Notes: a model not told the origin generated them from the letters alone. Shown: positions 24,408-38,089, counted from the stretch's first letter. The stretch: 64,000 nucleotides of DNA from Squalus acanthias (GCA_030390025.1 CM059432.1:12958001-13022000); one strand, 5' to 3'. Translations and numbers: made by a program.

Positions 24408-25194
24408 GGGCCTGATTTTGCTGTAGAAATAACAGTGAGGCTAACAGTGCTCACCGTTGTTAAAGTGTAAATCAGACAGAAACTTCCGACGACCGCACAT
24501 GCGCAGGTAAAAGTGAAAACCAGGACATTGCTATCCGAGTTGCCCTGCTCCTCCAGAAGCTGCTCTATGCTGGTATCTCGCCCAGAGACTCGGCATTGAA
24601 ACACATGGAACGGCGTGAAATTGCTGCACTCACCTGATATATACCCACTAAACTCGCCAGAGAAAGTTAGAGCTTGTCCTTTCCAGTGTAATTAAATTTT
24701 TAGCAGCGTGATAAGTCTTAATTACTGCCAAATGACCTCTCTGGCACTGAAAATTAACTTTAACAAATGTGGAGTCTCATTCCTTCAGATTTTAATTATT
24801 GTTGGAGATATTTTTAAAAAATTTGCATTAAACATTTTTTTACTTTTTCTTTCTGTCTCTTTTATCTCTCTCTCTCTTAATCCAGTCTTTTGATCCCTCT
24901 CTTTATTTTGCTTTCTGTACCTGATTTGACATTGAATTAAATATTCTAACAGACACTTCCAGGTTCAGACTGTGTGCTGCTCATTAATGATTCTTCACTC
25001 TGATTGGTAAGGAGATACACTGTTGCTTGCTCTGTTCACATGGGTCCCAGATACCCTGTAGAAGGTGCTGCACCAAAATGGCTTTCCAATCACAGCAAGT
25101 TCCAATGCAAAAGCCCACAGAAAGTCTGTCGGCAAGTGCAAGTGTAATGAACAGCTGGTGCCGTTAGTTCGCCTCTGAGAGCAAGATACAGCCC
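24408..25194. mobile_element. PIF/Harbinger-like MITE
   Basis: Imperfect TIRs GGGCCTGATTTTGC / GCAAGATACAGCCC; 3-bp TSD ATT (24405-24407, 25195-25197). Confidence 0.7.
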
Positions 25195-25560
25195 ATTTTG
25201 TCCCATCAGTCTGGGCTAAGTTCCAACCTTGGCCCTAAATCTACAAGAACTGCCTATTAGTTCACTGCACCACCCTGTGACTGCCTTCCCCCCTCTGTCC
25301 AACTTTATAGCTGAATTGTTTCTAACTACGTGATCAGCAACAGGATGAAGTCATTGCACCATAAATTGTATCAGCCCTGCAGTGTAATCAAATATGCTGC
25401 ACTCGATGTAATATCCTGAATGTTTGTTTTTTGCCACATCATTATAAATTATTAGAGCCACACATTGTGCGTCATTATGCCCCACAACCTAAAGCCTCTT
25501 AAGAATATTGCCAGCTGCATTTACTTACTGGGAAAAAAATAGCCCTGCCAATTATCTATT

Positions 25561-26306
25561 GGGCCAGATTTTGCTGGAAAAACTATGGCGTCTGAGCGAC
25601 GTATGCCTCTATTAATGCACAAATCGCCCAGCGACTTGTAGCGACGGAGAGATACCCCGTGAATTGCAAATCGCCACGTGTTGCTGGCCGATTTGCGCTG
25701 CTCCGCCGTTAGCGTCACGAAAATGACATTTTGCCCTTCACCTCCCCGTGATTTTCATTAAGTTGCTGTTTTTGCAGATTATATAATTGGCTATTAAGCA
25801 CACTGTAGTAAGTTAAGTCTGGTGATTAATAGCGTAAGTACCCTTTTAACTAGGTGATAATTGTTAATGACTGCCAATCAACCTCTCTTGCCCAGAAAGT
25901 AAACAATTATAAGTATGGAGTCTCATTCCTTCAGGTTGTGAATTGTTTTAAGAGATTTTTAAAATATCAAATTACTAATTTACATGTTTTTCCCTTTATC
26001 TCTTTTTTCTTTCTCTCTTAACACAATCTTTCTTTCCCTCTCTTTATTTCTCTTTCTGTCCCTGATTTGATATTGAATTCACCCACTCTAATTCACCCTC
26101 CTTCTCAGTCCTTGCTCGGTTTATTTCTCAATCCTTAAATCTCATTGGTTAAGGAGATACACTGTTTGTCCCGTTGTTCACCAAGGTCCCAGATGCCCTG
26201 TTGCCCTCGCCGCACCGTTATCAACTCGCACTTTAAAACCTAAACGTGCACGAACAAGTCTAACTAACGGGGCATGCTGCGAGATGCCCCACTCCGGCAA
26301 AATCTG
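25561..26306. mobile_element. PIF/Harbinger-like MITE
   Basis: GGGCCAGATTTTGCTGGA ... TCCGGCAAAATCTGG; internal homology to the 24408 copy. Confidence 0.7.
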
Positions 26307-26344
26307 GTTTTGGGTTTTTAAAATGGAGCATAAGTTAGCAATGA

Positions 26345-26675
26345 TCCGTCTTTCAGATGAGACATTAAACCGAGGTCCCATCTGCTCTCTCAGGTGGACA
26401 TTAACGATCCCATGGCTCTATTTTGAAGAGGAGCAGGGGAGTTATCCCTGGTGTCCTAGCCAATATTTATCCCTCAATCAATATCACTAAAAAAAACAGA
26501 TTATCTGGCCATTATTACATTGCTGTTTGTGGGAGCTTGCTGTGTGCAAATTGGCTGCCGCGTTTCCTACATTGCAACAGTGACTACACTTCAAAAAGTA
26601 CTTCATTGGCTGTAAAGCGCTTTGGGACGTCCGGTGGTCGTGAAAGGCGCTATTTAAATGCAAGTCTTTCTTTTC
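26345..26675 (+). mobile_element. Deu-SINE, 5'-truncated
   Basis: Core and tail motifs. Confidence 0.85.
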
Positions 26676-27224
26676 TATTATTTAAATATTGATTTCACTT
26701 TGTACTTCACTGTCTTATAAGTTGTGTAGTACCAGTTTCAAAAGTATTAAGTAACAGACCATGACATGGTTGTAATTCACCAGACTCTATAGTTCCTTCA
26801 AACAGATCTTCTGATAATTTCCACTTCTGAAGTATCATTACAGAATTACTCACTATGATCAAACATTAACTTATTTCCTTCCTTAATGGTTTCAAAAGGA
26901 ATCTTTTGGTATTTTAGGGAAACTCCAACTGCAGCCAAGTCTAATTGTACTCTAACTTTTAAAACGTGTTTTCTTTTCTATATTTATTGCTTAGTTTGAT
27001 AGTAACACTGACACCTTTCTGTTCTATGTTTTATCTTATTAGTTATTTTCAGCTGCTGATTATGCGTTGATGTAATCTTTGTCTATATTATTATAATAGC
27101 TATAGCTCAGTGGGTAACTCTCTTGCCTCACTGAGTCAGAAGTTTACAGGCACTCACAATTACTCTTTAATTGAGTCTACAAGTTTACAAACAGCTGCAG
27201 TTACTTCCCAGAGGTAGTACTCCA

Positions 27225-27670
27225 GCAGTGGCTCAGTTGCCTTCTGAGTCAGAAGGTTGTGGGTTCAAGTCCCACGCCAGAGACTTGAGCACAAAATCCA
27301 GGCTGACACTCCAGTGCAGTGCTGAGGGAGTGCTGCACTGTCGGAGGTGCTGTCTTTCAGATGAGACGTTAAACCGAGGGCCCATCTGCCCTCTCGGGTG
27401 GATGTAAAATGGCACTATTCGAAGAAGAGCAGGGGAGTTCTCCCCGGTGTCCTGGCCAATAGTTATACCGCCTCCAACATCACTAAAACAGATGATCTGG
27501 CCATTACCGCGTTGCTGTTTGTGGGAGCTTGCTGTGCGCAAATTGGCTGACACGTTTTCTACTATTACAACAGTGACTACACTTCAAAAGTTCTTTGTTG
27601 GCTGTAAAGTGTTTTGGGACGTCCTGAGGTTGTGAAAGGCGCTACATAAATGCAAGTTCTTTCTTTTCTG
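27225..27670 (+). mobile_element. Deu-SINE, near full length
   Basis: GTGGCTCAGTT, GGTTCAAGTCC, core and tail. Confidence 0.85.
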
Positions 27671-27827
27671 TCTTTAATATGTAGTTTGAGATATCTGACC
27701 TGTGGCCTCATTGACACAACTCTAATTGAAAACTCACTGTGGTAACTAATTGAGTTTTACCATGTATACTCCTACATTACGATAGTGTTTACACTTACAA
27801 AGTACTTCATTGGTTGTAAAACACTTT

Positions 27828-28161
27828 TTAAAAATTCGTTTATGGGATGTGGGCGTCGCTGGCAAGGCCAGCATTTATTGCCCATCCTTAGTTGCCCTTG
27901 AGAAGGTGGTAGTGAGCCACCTTCTTGAACCGCTGCAGTCCGTGTGGTGAAGGTACTCCCACAGTGCTGTTAGGGGGGGGGAGTTCCAGGATTTTGACCC
28001 AGCGATAAGGAAGGAATGGCGATATACTTCCAAGTCAGGATGGTGTGTGACTTGGAGGGGAACTTGGAGGTGATGGTGTTCCCATGCGCCTGCTGCCCTT
28101 GTCCTTCCAGGTGGAAGAGATCGCGGGTTTGGGATTGCCGAAGAAGCCTTGGTGAGTTGCT
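27828..28161 (-). mobile_element. Zenon-like LINE 3' fragment flanked by a 114-bp direct duplication
   Basis: Same 3' end as 11575-12013; flanks 27714-27827 and 28162-28275 align without gaps. Confidence 0.85.
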
Positions 28162-28584
28162 ACACACCTCTAATTGAAAACGCACTGTGGTAACTAATTG
28201 AGTTTTACCATGTATATTCCTACATTACGATAGTGTTTACACTTACAAAGTACGTCGTTGGCTGTAAAACACTTTGGGGCGTCCTGAGTTCATGAAAAGC
28301 GCTATATAAATGCAAGTTCTTCCTTTTCTTTACAAAGATTTTCACACTCAATTACAGAATTCTCTCTCTCTCATACACAAACTTCCAGTTACAATGGGCT
28401 GGATTTTCCTCCCTATCTCACCCCTGTCAGGACAACCCCATTGCCGCCATCTGTCACATGCAAATGCCAGCAGGGTGACAGGGCCTGCATTAACCAATGG
28501 ATTTCCCTCCCATCTGTCCTCTTACCACTGCTGCCAGACCACCAGAGAGTTGGCAGTAAGCCCAGGGTATGGATGGTAAGGGTA

Positions 28585-29050
28585 CAGTAGCATAGTAGTT
28601 ATGTTATTGCACTAATAATCCCGAGGTCTGGACTAATGATTCTAGTAGATGTGAGTTTAAATCCCACCATGGCAGCTGGGGAAATTTAAAATTCAGTTAA
28701 TTAAATAAATCTGGAATTAAAAAGCTAGTATCAGTAATGGTGACCGTGGAACTATCGGATTGTTGTAAAAAACCCAACTGGTTCAACTAATTTCCTTCCG
28801 GGGAGGAAACCGGATCTGGCCTATATGTGACTCCAGACCCACAGCAATATAGTTGACTCTTAACTGCCCTCTTAAATGGCCCAGCAAGTCACTCAGTTTG
28901 TACCAAGGACAGCACTGTGGGAATACCTTCACCTCAAGGACTGCAGTGGTTCAAGAATGCAGCTCACCGCCACCTTCTCAAGGGCAATTAGGGATGGGCA
29001 ATAAATGCTGGTCTTGCCAGTGATGCCCACATCCCATGAATTAAAAAAAA
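28585..29050 (+). mobile_element. tRNA-derived SINE sharing its 3' tail with the Zenon-like LINE
   Basis: B-box-like GAGTTTAAATCCC; body TGACTCCAGACCCACAGCAAT; tail GGGCAATAAATGCTGG...CCCACATCCCATGAAT plus an A run. Confidence 0.7.
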
Positions 29051-29460
29051 GTTCCAAAATTCTTTTAATGCAGCGAAAGTTCCTAGTAGTCCTCTCCTTC
29101 CATTTCAGCCACGATGCTTTACCTTTTTAGGCCGCAGTCACAGCCAAATCCTTCCAAGATCAAACCCTGGCTTGAAAATGTCCCCAACCCAGGGGCCAGA
29201 ATGAAGGGTGGAAGTCCTGCCCCATTAGCTGCTCTGTCTCATAAAATCCAGCTCCATATCTCAGTAATTAAAGAAAATTGGAAGATGATTTTTAACCCAA
29301 TTAATGGTCATTTTGGGAACTCCTTTAGAATGGCCCTCTTTTTATTTTATTTTTCTCCTCTTTCTCCACTTTTCTTTCCTTTTTACCCTGCTTTCCTATA
29401 AAACATTAGTCGCTCATCATTCTAGAGGCTGTTCATGTTAATAGTTCTATAAGAACAAAA

Positions 29461-29931
29461 GAAAGAAATAAGAAAGAAAGACTTGCATTTCTATAGCGCT
29501 TTTCATGACCACCGGACATCCCAAAGCGCTTTACAGCCAATGAAGTACTTTTGAAGTGTAGTCACTGTTGTAATGTAGGAAACACGCAGCCAATTTGCAC
29601 ACAGCAAGCTCCGACAAATAGCAATGTGATAATGACCAGATAATCTGGTTTTTTTAGTGATGTTATTGAGGGATAAATATTGGCCAGGACACCAGTGGTA
29701 ACTCCCCTTATCTTCAAAATAGTGCCGTGGGATCTTTTCCATCCACCTGAGAGAGCAGACAAGGCCTCAATTTAATGTCTCATCCGACGACACCTCCGAC
29801 AGTGCAGCACTCCCTCAGCACTGCACTGGAGTGTCAGCCTAGATTTTTGTGCTCGAGTCTCTGGAGTGGGACTTGAACCCACAACCTCCTGACTCAGAGG
29901 CGAGGGTGCTACCAACTGAGCCACGGCTGAT
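29461..29931 (-). mobile_element. Deu-SINE, full length
   Basis: A and B boxes in reverse complement (ACCAACTGAGCCAC, GGACTTGAACCC), core and (GAAA)n tail. Confidence 0.9.
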
Positions 29932-31008
29932 AAAGTGTACATCCACTTATATTTTAATTTTCCATAGTTGTTTTATCCCAATTCAGCTGGAACTTACATG
30001 CTTGCTTCTTGTAGTTCTTTCAATCTTTATGAGTTCACTGTCAGGCAGTTTTGCATTGGTAACTGAATCATAGAATCATAGAATGGTTACAGCATGGAAG
30101 AAGGCCATTCGGCACGTCGAGCCTGTGCTGGCTCTCTGCAAGAGCACCTCAGCTAGTCCCACTCCCCCGCCCTTTCTCCGTAGCCCTGCAAATGTTTTCC
30201 TTCAGGTACTTATCCAACTCCCTTTTGAAAGACGTGATTGAGTCTGCCTCCACCACCCTTTCAGGCAGTGCATTCCAGATCCTAAACAGTCGCTGAGTAA
30301 AAAAGTTTTTTCTTATGTCGCCTTTGGTTCTTTTGCTAATCATCTTAAATCTGTGTCCTCTGGCTCTTGACCCCTCTGCAAATGGGAACAGTTTCTCTCT
30401 ATCTACTCTGTCCAGACCCCTCATGATTTTGAACACCTCTATCAAATCTCCTCTCAATCTTCTCTGCTCTAAGGAGAACAACCCCAGTTTCTCCAGTCTA
30501 TCCACGTAATTGAAGTCCCTCATCCCTGGAATCATTCTCGTAAATCTTTTCTACAGCCTCTCTAAGGCCTTCACATCCTTCCTAAAGTGCGGTGCCCAGA
30601 ATTGGACACACTACTCCAGTTGCGGTCGAACCAGTGTTTTATACAGGTTCATCATAATTTCCTCGTTTTTGTACTCTATACCTCTATTCATGAAGCCCAG
30701 GATCCCGTAAGCTTTTCTAACTGCTTTCTCAACCTGCCCTGCCAACTTCAACGATTTGTGCACATAGATCTCTGTTCATGCACCCCTTTATAATTCCTCT
30801 CCTCATTCTTTCTACCAAAATGTATCACTTCACACTTTTCTGCGTTAAATTTCATCTGCCATGTGTCTGTCCATTCCACGAAACCTGTCTATGTCCTCTT
30901 GAAGTCTATCACTATCCTCCTCACTGTTCACTATACTTCCAAGTTTTGTGTCATCTGCAAATTTTGAAATTGTGTCCTGTACACCCACATCCAAATCATT
31001 AATATATC

Positions 31009-31100
31009 CGCCAGATCAGCCATGATCTCATTGAATGGCGGAGCAGGCTCGAAGGGCTGAATGGCCTACTTCTGCTCCTATTTCTTATGTTCTTATGTTC
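31009..31100 (+). mobile_element. Short CR1 3'-UTR-only insertion inside element A
   Basis: GATCAGCCATGATC...CCTATTTCTTATGTTCTTATGTTC; TATATC on both sides. Confidence 0.75.
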
Positions 31101-32149
31101 CTTTATATCAAGAAAAGTAGTGGTCCTAGTACCAACCCCTGGGGAACACCGCTGTATACCTTCCTCCAGTCCAAAAAACAACCATTCACCACTACCCTTT
31201 GTTTCCTGTCACTTAGCCAATTTTGTATCCATGCTGCCACTGTCCCTTTTATTCCATGTTTTTCAACTTTGCTGGCTAGCCTATTCTGTGGTACTTTGTC
31301 GAACGCCTTTTGGAAATCCATGTACACCACATCAACCGCATTGCCCTCATCAACCCTCTGTTACCTCAACAAAAAACTCAATCAAGTTGGTTAAACACGA
31401 TTTGCCTTTAACAAATCCATGCTGGCTTTCCTTAATTAATCCACACTTGTCCAAGTGACTGTTAATTTTGCCCTGGATTATTGTTTCTAAAAGCTTCCTC
31501 ACGACCGAGGTTAAATTAACCGGCCTATAGTTGCAGTATAGTTTTGAACAAGGGTGTAACATTTGCAATTCTCCAGTCCTCTGGCACCACTCCCATTTCT
31601 AAGGAGGATTGGAAGATTATGGCCAGTACCTCCGCGATTTCATCCTTCACTTCCCTCAGCATCCTAGGATGCATCCTATCCGGTGCTGGTGACATCTACT
31701 TAAAGTATAGCCAGCCTTTCTAGTACCTCCTCTTTATCAATTCTTATCCCATCCAGTATCTTCTCTACCTCCTCCTTTACAATGTCTATGGCAGCATCTT
31801 CTTCCTTGGTGAAGACAGATGCAAAGTACTCATTTAGCACCTCACCCATACCCTCTGCCTCCATGCGTAGGTCTCCTTTTTGGACCTTAATCGGCCCCAC
31901 CCCTCCTCTTACTACCCATTTACTATTTATATGCCTATAAGAACATAAGAAATAGGAGCAGGAGTAGGCCATTCGGCCCTTCGAGCCTGCTCCGCCATTC
32001 AATGAGATCATGGCTGATCTTCTGCCTCAACTCCATTCACCGGCCCTATCGCCATATCCCTTGATGCCCTTACTAGTCAGAAATCTATCAACTTCTGTTT
32101 TGAATATACCCAATGACTGAGCCTCCACAGCCCTCTAGGGTAGAGAATT

Positions 32150-33676
32150 CTAAAGATTCACTACCCTCTGTGTAAAGAAATTTCTTCTCATCTCAGTCCT
32201 GAATGGCCTACCCTTTATCCTGAGGCTGTGGCCCCTGGTTCTAGAATCCCCAGCCAAGGGAAACATTCTCCCAGCATCCACCCTATCAAGCCCTGTAATA
32301 ACTTTGTATGCTTCAATGAGATCCCCTCTCATTCTTCTGAATTCAAGAGAATACAGGCCTAGTTTACTCAATCTCTTCTCATACGACAGTCCCGCCATCC
32401 CAGGAATCAATCTTGTGAACCTTCGTTGCATGCCCTCTATGGCAAGTATATCCTTCCTTAGGTAAGGAGACCAAAATTGTACACAGTACTCCAGGTCTTG
32501 GAGTAAGACTTCTTTACTCCTGTACTCAAATCCTCTTGTAATGAAGGCCAGCACACCATTTGCCTTCCTAATGGCTTGCTGCACCTGCACATTCACTTTC
32601 AGTGACTCATGTACAAGGACACCCAGGTCCCTTTGAGCATCTGCATTCCCCAATCTTTCACCATTTAGGAAATACTCTGCCTTTCTGTTTTTTCTACCAA
32701 AGTGGATAATGTCACATTTATCCACATTATATTCCATCTGCCATGTTCTCGCCCACTCACTGAGCCTGTCGAGATCCCCTTGAAGCCTCTTCACATCCTC
32801 TTCACAACTGACACTGCCACCTAGCTTTGTATCAGCAGCTAATTTGGAAATGTTACATTTACTCCCCTCATCCAAATCATTGATATAGATTGTGAATAGC
32901 TGGGGCCCAAGCACCGATCCTTGCGGTACCCCACTAGTCACAGCCTGCCATCCTGAAAAAGACCCATTTATCCCTACTCTTTGTTTTCTGTCTGTTAACC
33001 AATTCTCAATCCATGCTAGTATATTACCCCCAATTCCATGTGCCCTAATTTTGTTCACCAACCTCTTGTGTGAGACCTTATCGAAGGCCTTCTGAAAATC
33101 CAGATACACCACATCTACCAGTTCCCCTTTGTCTACTCCACTAGTTACATCCTCAAAGAACTCCAATAGGTTTGTTAAACAGGATTTCCCTTTCATAAAT
33201 CCATGTTGGCTCTGCCCAATCTTACTATTAGTTTCTAAGTGCCCAGTTATTGCATCCTTTATAATAGATTCCAGCATTTTCCCAACTACTAATGTGAGGC
33301 TAACAGGTCTGTAGTTCCCCGTTTTCTCTCTCCCTCCTTTCTTAAATAGCGGGGTTACATTTGCTATCCTCCAATCTGCAGGAACCGTTCCAGAATCTAT
33401 AGAATTTTGGAAGATGACAACCAATGCGTCCACTATCCCAATGGCCACCTCTTTCAAAACCCTAGGATGTAGGTCATCCGGTCCTTGGGATTTATTGACT
33501 TTTAGTCCCATTAATTTTGCTAGTACTGTTTTTTTACTAATAATAATTTCTTTAAGTTCCTCATTCTCGCCACACCCTTGGTTTTCTCGTATTTCTGGGA
33601 GGTTTCTTGTGTCTTCCTCCGTGAAGACAGAAACAAAGTATTTATTTAATTTCCCAGCCTTTTCCTCATTCCCCAT
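32150..33676 (-). pseudogene. CR1-B ORF2 reverse transcriptase region (inactivated)
   Basis: 508-aa ORF; the catalytic FADD reads LAAD, and the LYRALVRPH segment is missing before LEYCVQFW. Confidence 0.85.
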
Positions 33677-34140
33677 TATAAATTCTTCCGTCTCTGACTG
33701 TAAAGGACCTACATTTTCCTTTTCACATACCTATAGAAGCTGTTACAATCCATTTTTATATTTTTTGTTAGTTTGTGCTCATGTTCCATTTTCCCTTTCT
33801 TTATCAATTTCTTGGTCCCCCTTTGCTGATTTCTAAAAAGATCCCAATCCTCAGGCTGACCGCTTTTTCTGGCAACTTTATAAGCTTCCTCCTTTGACTT
33901 AATACTTGCTTTACATAAGAACATAAGAAATAGGAGCAGGAGTAGGCCAATTGGCCCCTCGAGCCTGCTCCGCCATTCAATAAGATCATGGCTGATCTGA
34001 TCCTAACCGCCAATCTACTATCACAGAACCATCTCCTGAACCTAACAGAATTGGACACATGAAATAGGAGCAGGATCAGGCTACACGGCCCCTGGGCCCA
34101 CTACGCTACCCACAGGGCCATGACCGATCCGAACCTAGAC

Positions 34141-35862
34141 TCATGTCCAAATTCCTGCCCGCTCCCCGTAACCCTTAATTCCCTTTACTTCTAGGAAACT
34201 GTCTATTTCTGTTTTAAATTTATGTAATGATGTAGCTTCTACAGCTTTTTGGGGCAGCATATTCCATGGACCTACCACCCTCTGAGTGAAGTAGTTCCTT
34301 CTCATCTCAGTTTTGAAAGAGCAGCCCCTTATTCTAAGACTATGCCCCCTAGTTCTAGTTTCACCCATCATCGGGAACATCCTCCCCGCATCCACCCGAT
34401 CCAACCCCTTCACAATCTTATATGTTTCAATAAGATCACCTCTCATTCTTCTGAACTCCAATGAGTAGAGTCCCAATCTACCCAACCTCTCCTCATATGT
34501 CCATCCCCTCATCCCCGGGATTAACTGAGTGAACCTTCTTTGTACTGACTCGAGAGCAGGTATGTCTTTTCTTAAGTATGGACACCAAAACTGTATGCAG
34601 TATTCCAGGTGCGGTCTCACCAATACCTTGTACAACTGAAGCAATACCTCCCTATTTTTATATTCTATCCCCTTAGCAATGAAAGCCAACATTCCATTGG
34701 CCTTCTTAATCACTTGCTGCACCTGCATACTAACCTTTTGAGTTTTGTGCACCAGGACCCCCAGATCCCGTTGTACTTCAGTACTTTCCAGTTTCTTGCC
34801 ATTTAGATAATAACTTGCTCTTCTATTTTTCCTGCCAAAGTGCATAACCTCACACTTTCCAGTATTGTATTCCATCTGCCAAATCTCTGCCCACTTACTT
34901 AGCCTGTGTATGTCCCCTTGCAGATTTTTTATGTCCTCCTCACTCACTACTTTCCCTCCCATCTTAGTATCATCTGCAAACTTTGATATGTTACACTCGG
35001 TCCCCTCCTCCAAATCGTTAATATAGATTGTAAAGAGTTGGGGACCCAGCACTGACCCCTGCGGAACACCACTAGTTACTGATTGCCAGTCTGAGAATGA
35101 ACCATTTATCCCAACTCTCTGCCTTCTGTTAGATAGCCAATCCTCTATCCATGCCAGAATATTACCCCCAATCCCGTGATTTTTTATCTTAAGCAATAAT
35201 CTTTTGTGTGGCACCTTGTCAAATGCCTTTTGGAAGTCTAAATACACCACATCCACTGGTTCCCCTTTATCCACCCTGTGTGTTACTTCCTCAAAGAACT
35301 CCAGCAAATTTGTCAAACATGACTTCCCCTTCATAAAACCATGCTGACTTTGTCCTATTAAATTATGATTATCCAAATGTCCCGTTAGTGTCTCCTTAAT
35401 AATGGACTCCAAAATTTTACCTACCACAGATGTTAGGCTAACCGGTCTATAGTTTCCAGCCTTCTGTCTACTGCCCTTTTTAAATAAGGGTGTTACATTA
35501 GCAGTTTTCCAGTCTGCCGGGATCTTTGCTGAGTCCAGGGAGTTTTGGAAAATTATTACCAATGCATCCAAGATCCCTACCGCCACTTCCCTCAAGACCC
35601 TAGGATGTAAGCCATCAGGTCCAGGTGATTTATCCGCCTTGAGTCCCATTATTTTACCGAGTACCACTTCCTTAGTGATTTTGATCGTGTTTAGCTCCTC
35701 CCCCCCTTTAGCCCCCTGTTTGTCCAGTGTTGGGATATTCTTAGTGTCCTCTACTGTAAAGACTGATACAAAATATTCATTCAGTGTATTTGCCATCTCC
35801 ATATTTCCCACCATTAATTTCCCGGTCTCATCCTCTAAGGGACCAACATTTACTTTAGCCAC
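34141..35862 (-). pseudogene. CR1-C ORF2 RT and C-terminal domain, 573 aa uninterrupted
   Basis: Intact YLDFQKAFD, GVPQGS and KFADD; an upstream in-frame TGA and the 5' truncation make it non-autonomous. Confidence 0.88.
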
Positions 35863-36563
35863 CCTTTTTCTTTTTATATAACTATAAAAACTCTTACTAT
35901 CCGTTTTTATATTTTTTGCTCATTTACTTTCATAATCTATCTTCCCTTTCTTAATCAATCTTTTTGTTATTTTTTGCTGTCTTTTAAAGTTTTCCCAATC
36001 CTCTATCCTCCCACTAGATTTGGCTACCTTATAAGTCCTTGTTTTTAGTCGAATACTATCCTTAATTTCTTTACTTAGCCACGGATGACTGTCTTTTCTT
36101 TTACACCCTTTTCTTCTCAGTGGAATATATATTTTTTGGAAGTTGTAAAATAACTCCTTAAATGTACACCACTGATCATGTATCGTCTTACCCTTTAATC
36201 TATTTTCCCAACCACTCTACTAAATTCCGCTCGCATACCTTCATAGTCTCCTTTATTCAAGCTTAGCACGCTTGTTTGAGATCCAACCTTCTCACCCTCT
36301 AATTGAATATGGAATTCAACCATGTTATGGTCACTCATTCCAAGGGGATCCTTAACTAGGACATTATTAATTAATCCTGACTCAATACACAGGACCAGGT
36401 CCAAGGTTGCTTGCCCCCTTGTAGGATCAGTTACATACTGCTCAAGAAAACCATCCCTAATACACTCAATAAACTCTTCCTCAAGGCTGCCCTGCCCAAT
36501 TTGATTTGTCCAATTAATATGATAGTTAAAATCCCCCATAATCATAGATGTTCCCTTATTACA

Positions 36564-36868
36564 GAATCACAGAATCTCCACAGTGCAGATAGAGGCCATT
36601 TCAGCCCATCGAGCCTGCACCGACACATATCCCACCCTATCCCCGTATTTAATCCCCCTAACACTAAGGGTCAATTCATCATAGCCAAATCAACCTAACC
36701 CGCACATCTTTGGACTGTGGGAGGAAACCGGAGCACCCGGAGGAAACCCACGCAGACACGGGGAGAATGTGCAAACTCCACACAGACAGTCACCCGAGGC
36801 CAGATTCGAACCCGGGTCCCTGGCGCTGTGAGGCAACAGTGCTAACCACTATGCCACTGTGTTGCCCT
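36564..36868 (-). mobile_element. HE1-like V-SINE inserted in element C
   Basis: tRNA head (GGGCAACACAGTGGCATAGTGGTTAGC, GGTTCGAATC), V-domain TGTGTGGAGTTTGCACATTCTCCCC, CR1-type tail; TSD TTACA (36559-36563, 36869-36873). Confidence 0.9.
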
Positions 36869-37033
36869 TTACAAGCCTCAACTATTTCCTGATTGATACT
36901 CCGTCCAACAGAGTTGCAACTATTCGAGGCCTATAGACTACGCCCACTAGTGTTTTTTTCCCCTTATTATTCCTTATCGCCACCCAAACTGTTTCATTAT
37001 CCTGATCTTTTGACCCAATATCATTTCTCTGTA

Positions 37034-37933
37034 TTACTTAATTTCTTTTGTTAGCCATGGTTGGATCACTTTTCCTTTTGGGTTTTTATGCCCTAGAGGA
37101 ATATATGTTTGTTGCAAATTATGCATTATTTCCTTGAATGTTAGCCATTGTATGTCCACCTTCATACCTTTTAGTGTAGTCTCCCAATCTACCATGGCCA
37201 ACTTGTCCCTCATACCCTTGTAGTTTCCATTGTTTAGATTGAAGACCTTAGTTTCAGATTGGACTACATCACTCTCAAACTTAATGTAAAATTCAATCAT
37301 ATTATGATCAGTTGTCCCTAAAGGCCCCTTTACCACAAGATTATTGATTATCCCTTTCTCATTACACAGTACCAGATCCAGAATCACCTGTTCCCTGGTT
37401 GGTTCCTCCACATACTGATCCAGGAAACCATCTCGCATGCATTCCAAGAATTCGTCCTCCACACCATTAGTGGTAATTTGATTTGCCCAGTCAATATGTA
37501 GATTAAAATCCCCCATGATTACCGTATTGCCCTTGTTACATGCACTTCTAATTAATTGATTGATACTGTGCCCTACATTACCACTACTGTTTGGTGGCCT
37601 ATACACAACTCCCACCAATGTTTTCCGCCCTTTGCTGTTTCTTAGCTCCACCCAAACTGATTCCAGTTCTACATCACGATCTGTCGAGCCAAGATCTTTT
37701 ATCTCTACCGTACCGATCTCATCCCTTATTAACAGCGCTACGCCACCTCCTTTTCCTTTTTGTCTGTCCTTCCTAAATGTTGAGTACCCTGGAACATTCA
37801 GTTCCCAGCTTTGGTTACCCTGCAACCATGTCTCTCTAATGGCAATTACATCATACCCATTTACTTCTATTAGTGCCATTAATTCATCCACCTTGTTGCG
37901 AATGCTACGTGCATTTAGATAAAGTGCCTTCAA
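37034..37933 (-). pseudogene. CR1-B ORF2 apurinic-like endonuclease domain
   Basis: YLNARSIRNK, ETW, GGGV, VYRPP, MGDFN, LDLVL, TDH. Confidence 0.9.
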
Positions 37934-38089
37934 CTTTGCCTGTTTAATATTTTCTGCACTTTGACCCTCTTTACTGTTGGCCTTTGTTTCTGCTCCCTAC
38001 TAGTTTTGCTGACTACTTTTCTAACTTGCACTTCCAGCTTTGTTTCTCTCCATTCTGGGTTCCACTTAGGTTCCCAGCCCCCTGACAAA

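Larger units (their letters stand above)
33914..37035 (-). mobile_element. CR1 element C, 5'-truncated within the endonuclease, inserted in B
   Basis: Splits B at WLTKEIK|ASIKSK; has its own (TCTTATGT)n tail at 33914. Confidence 0.88.
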
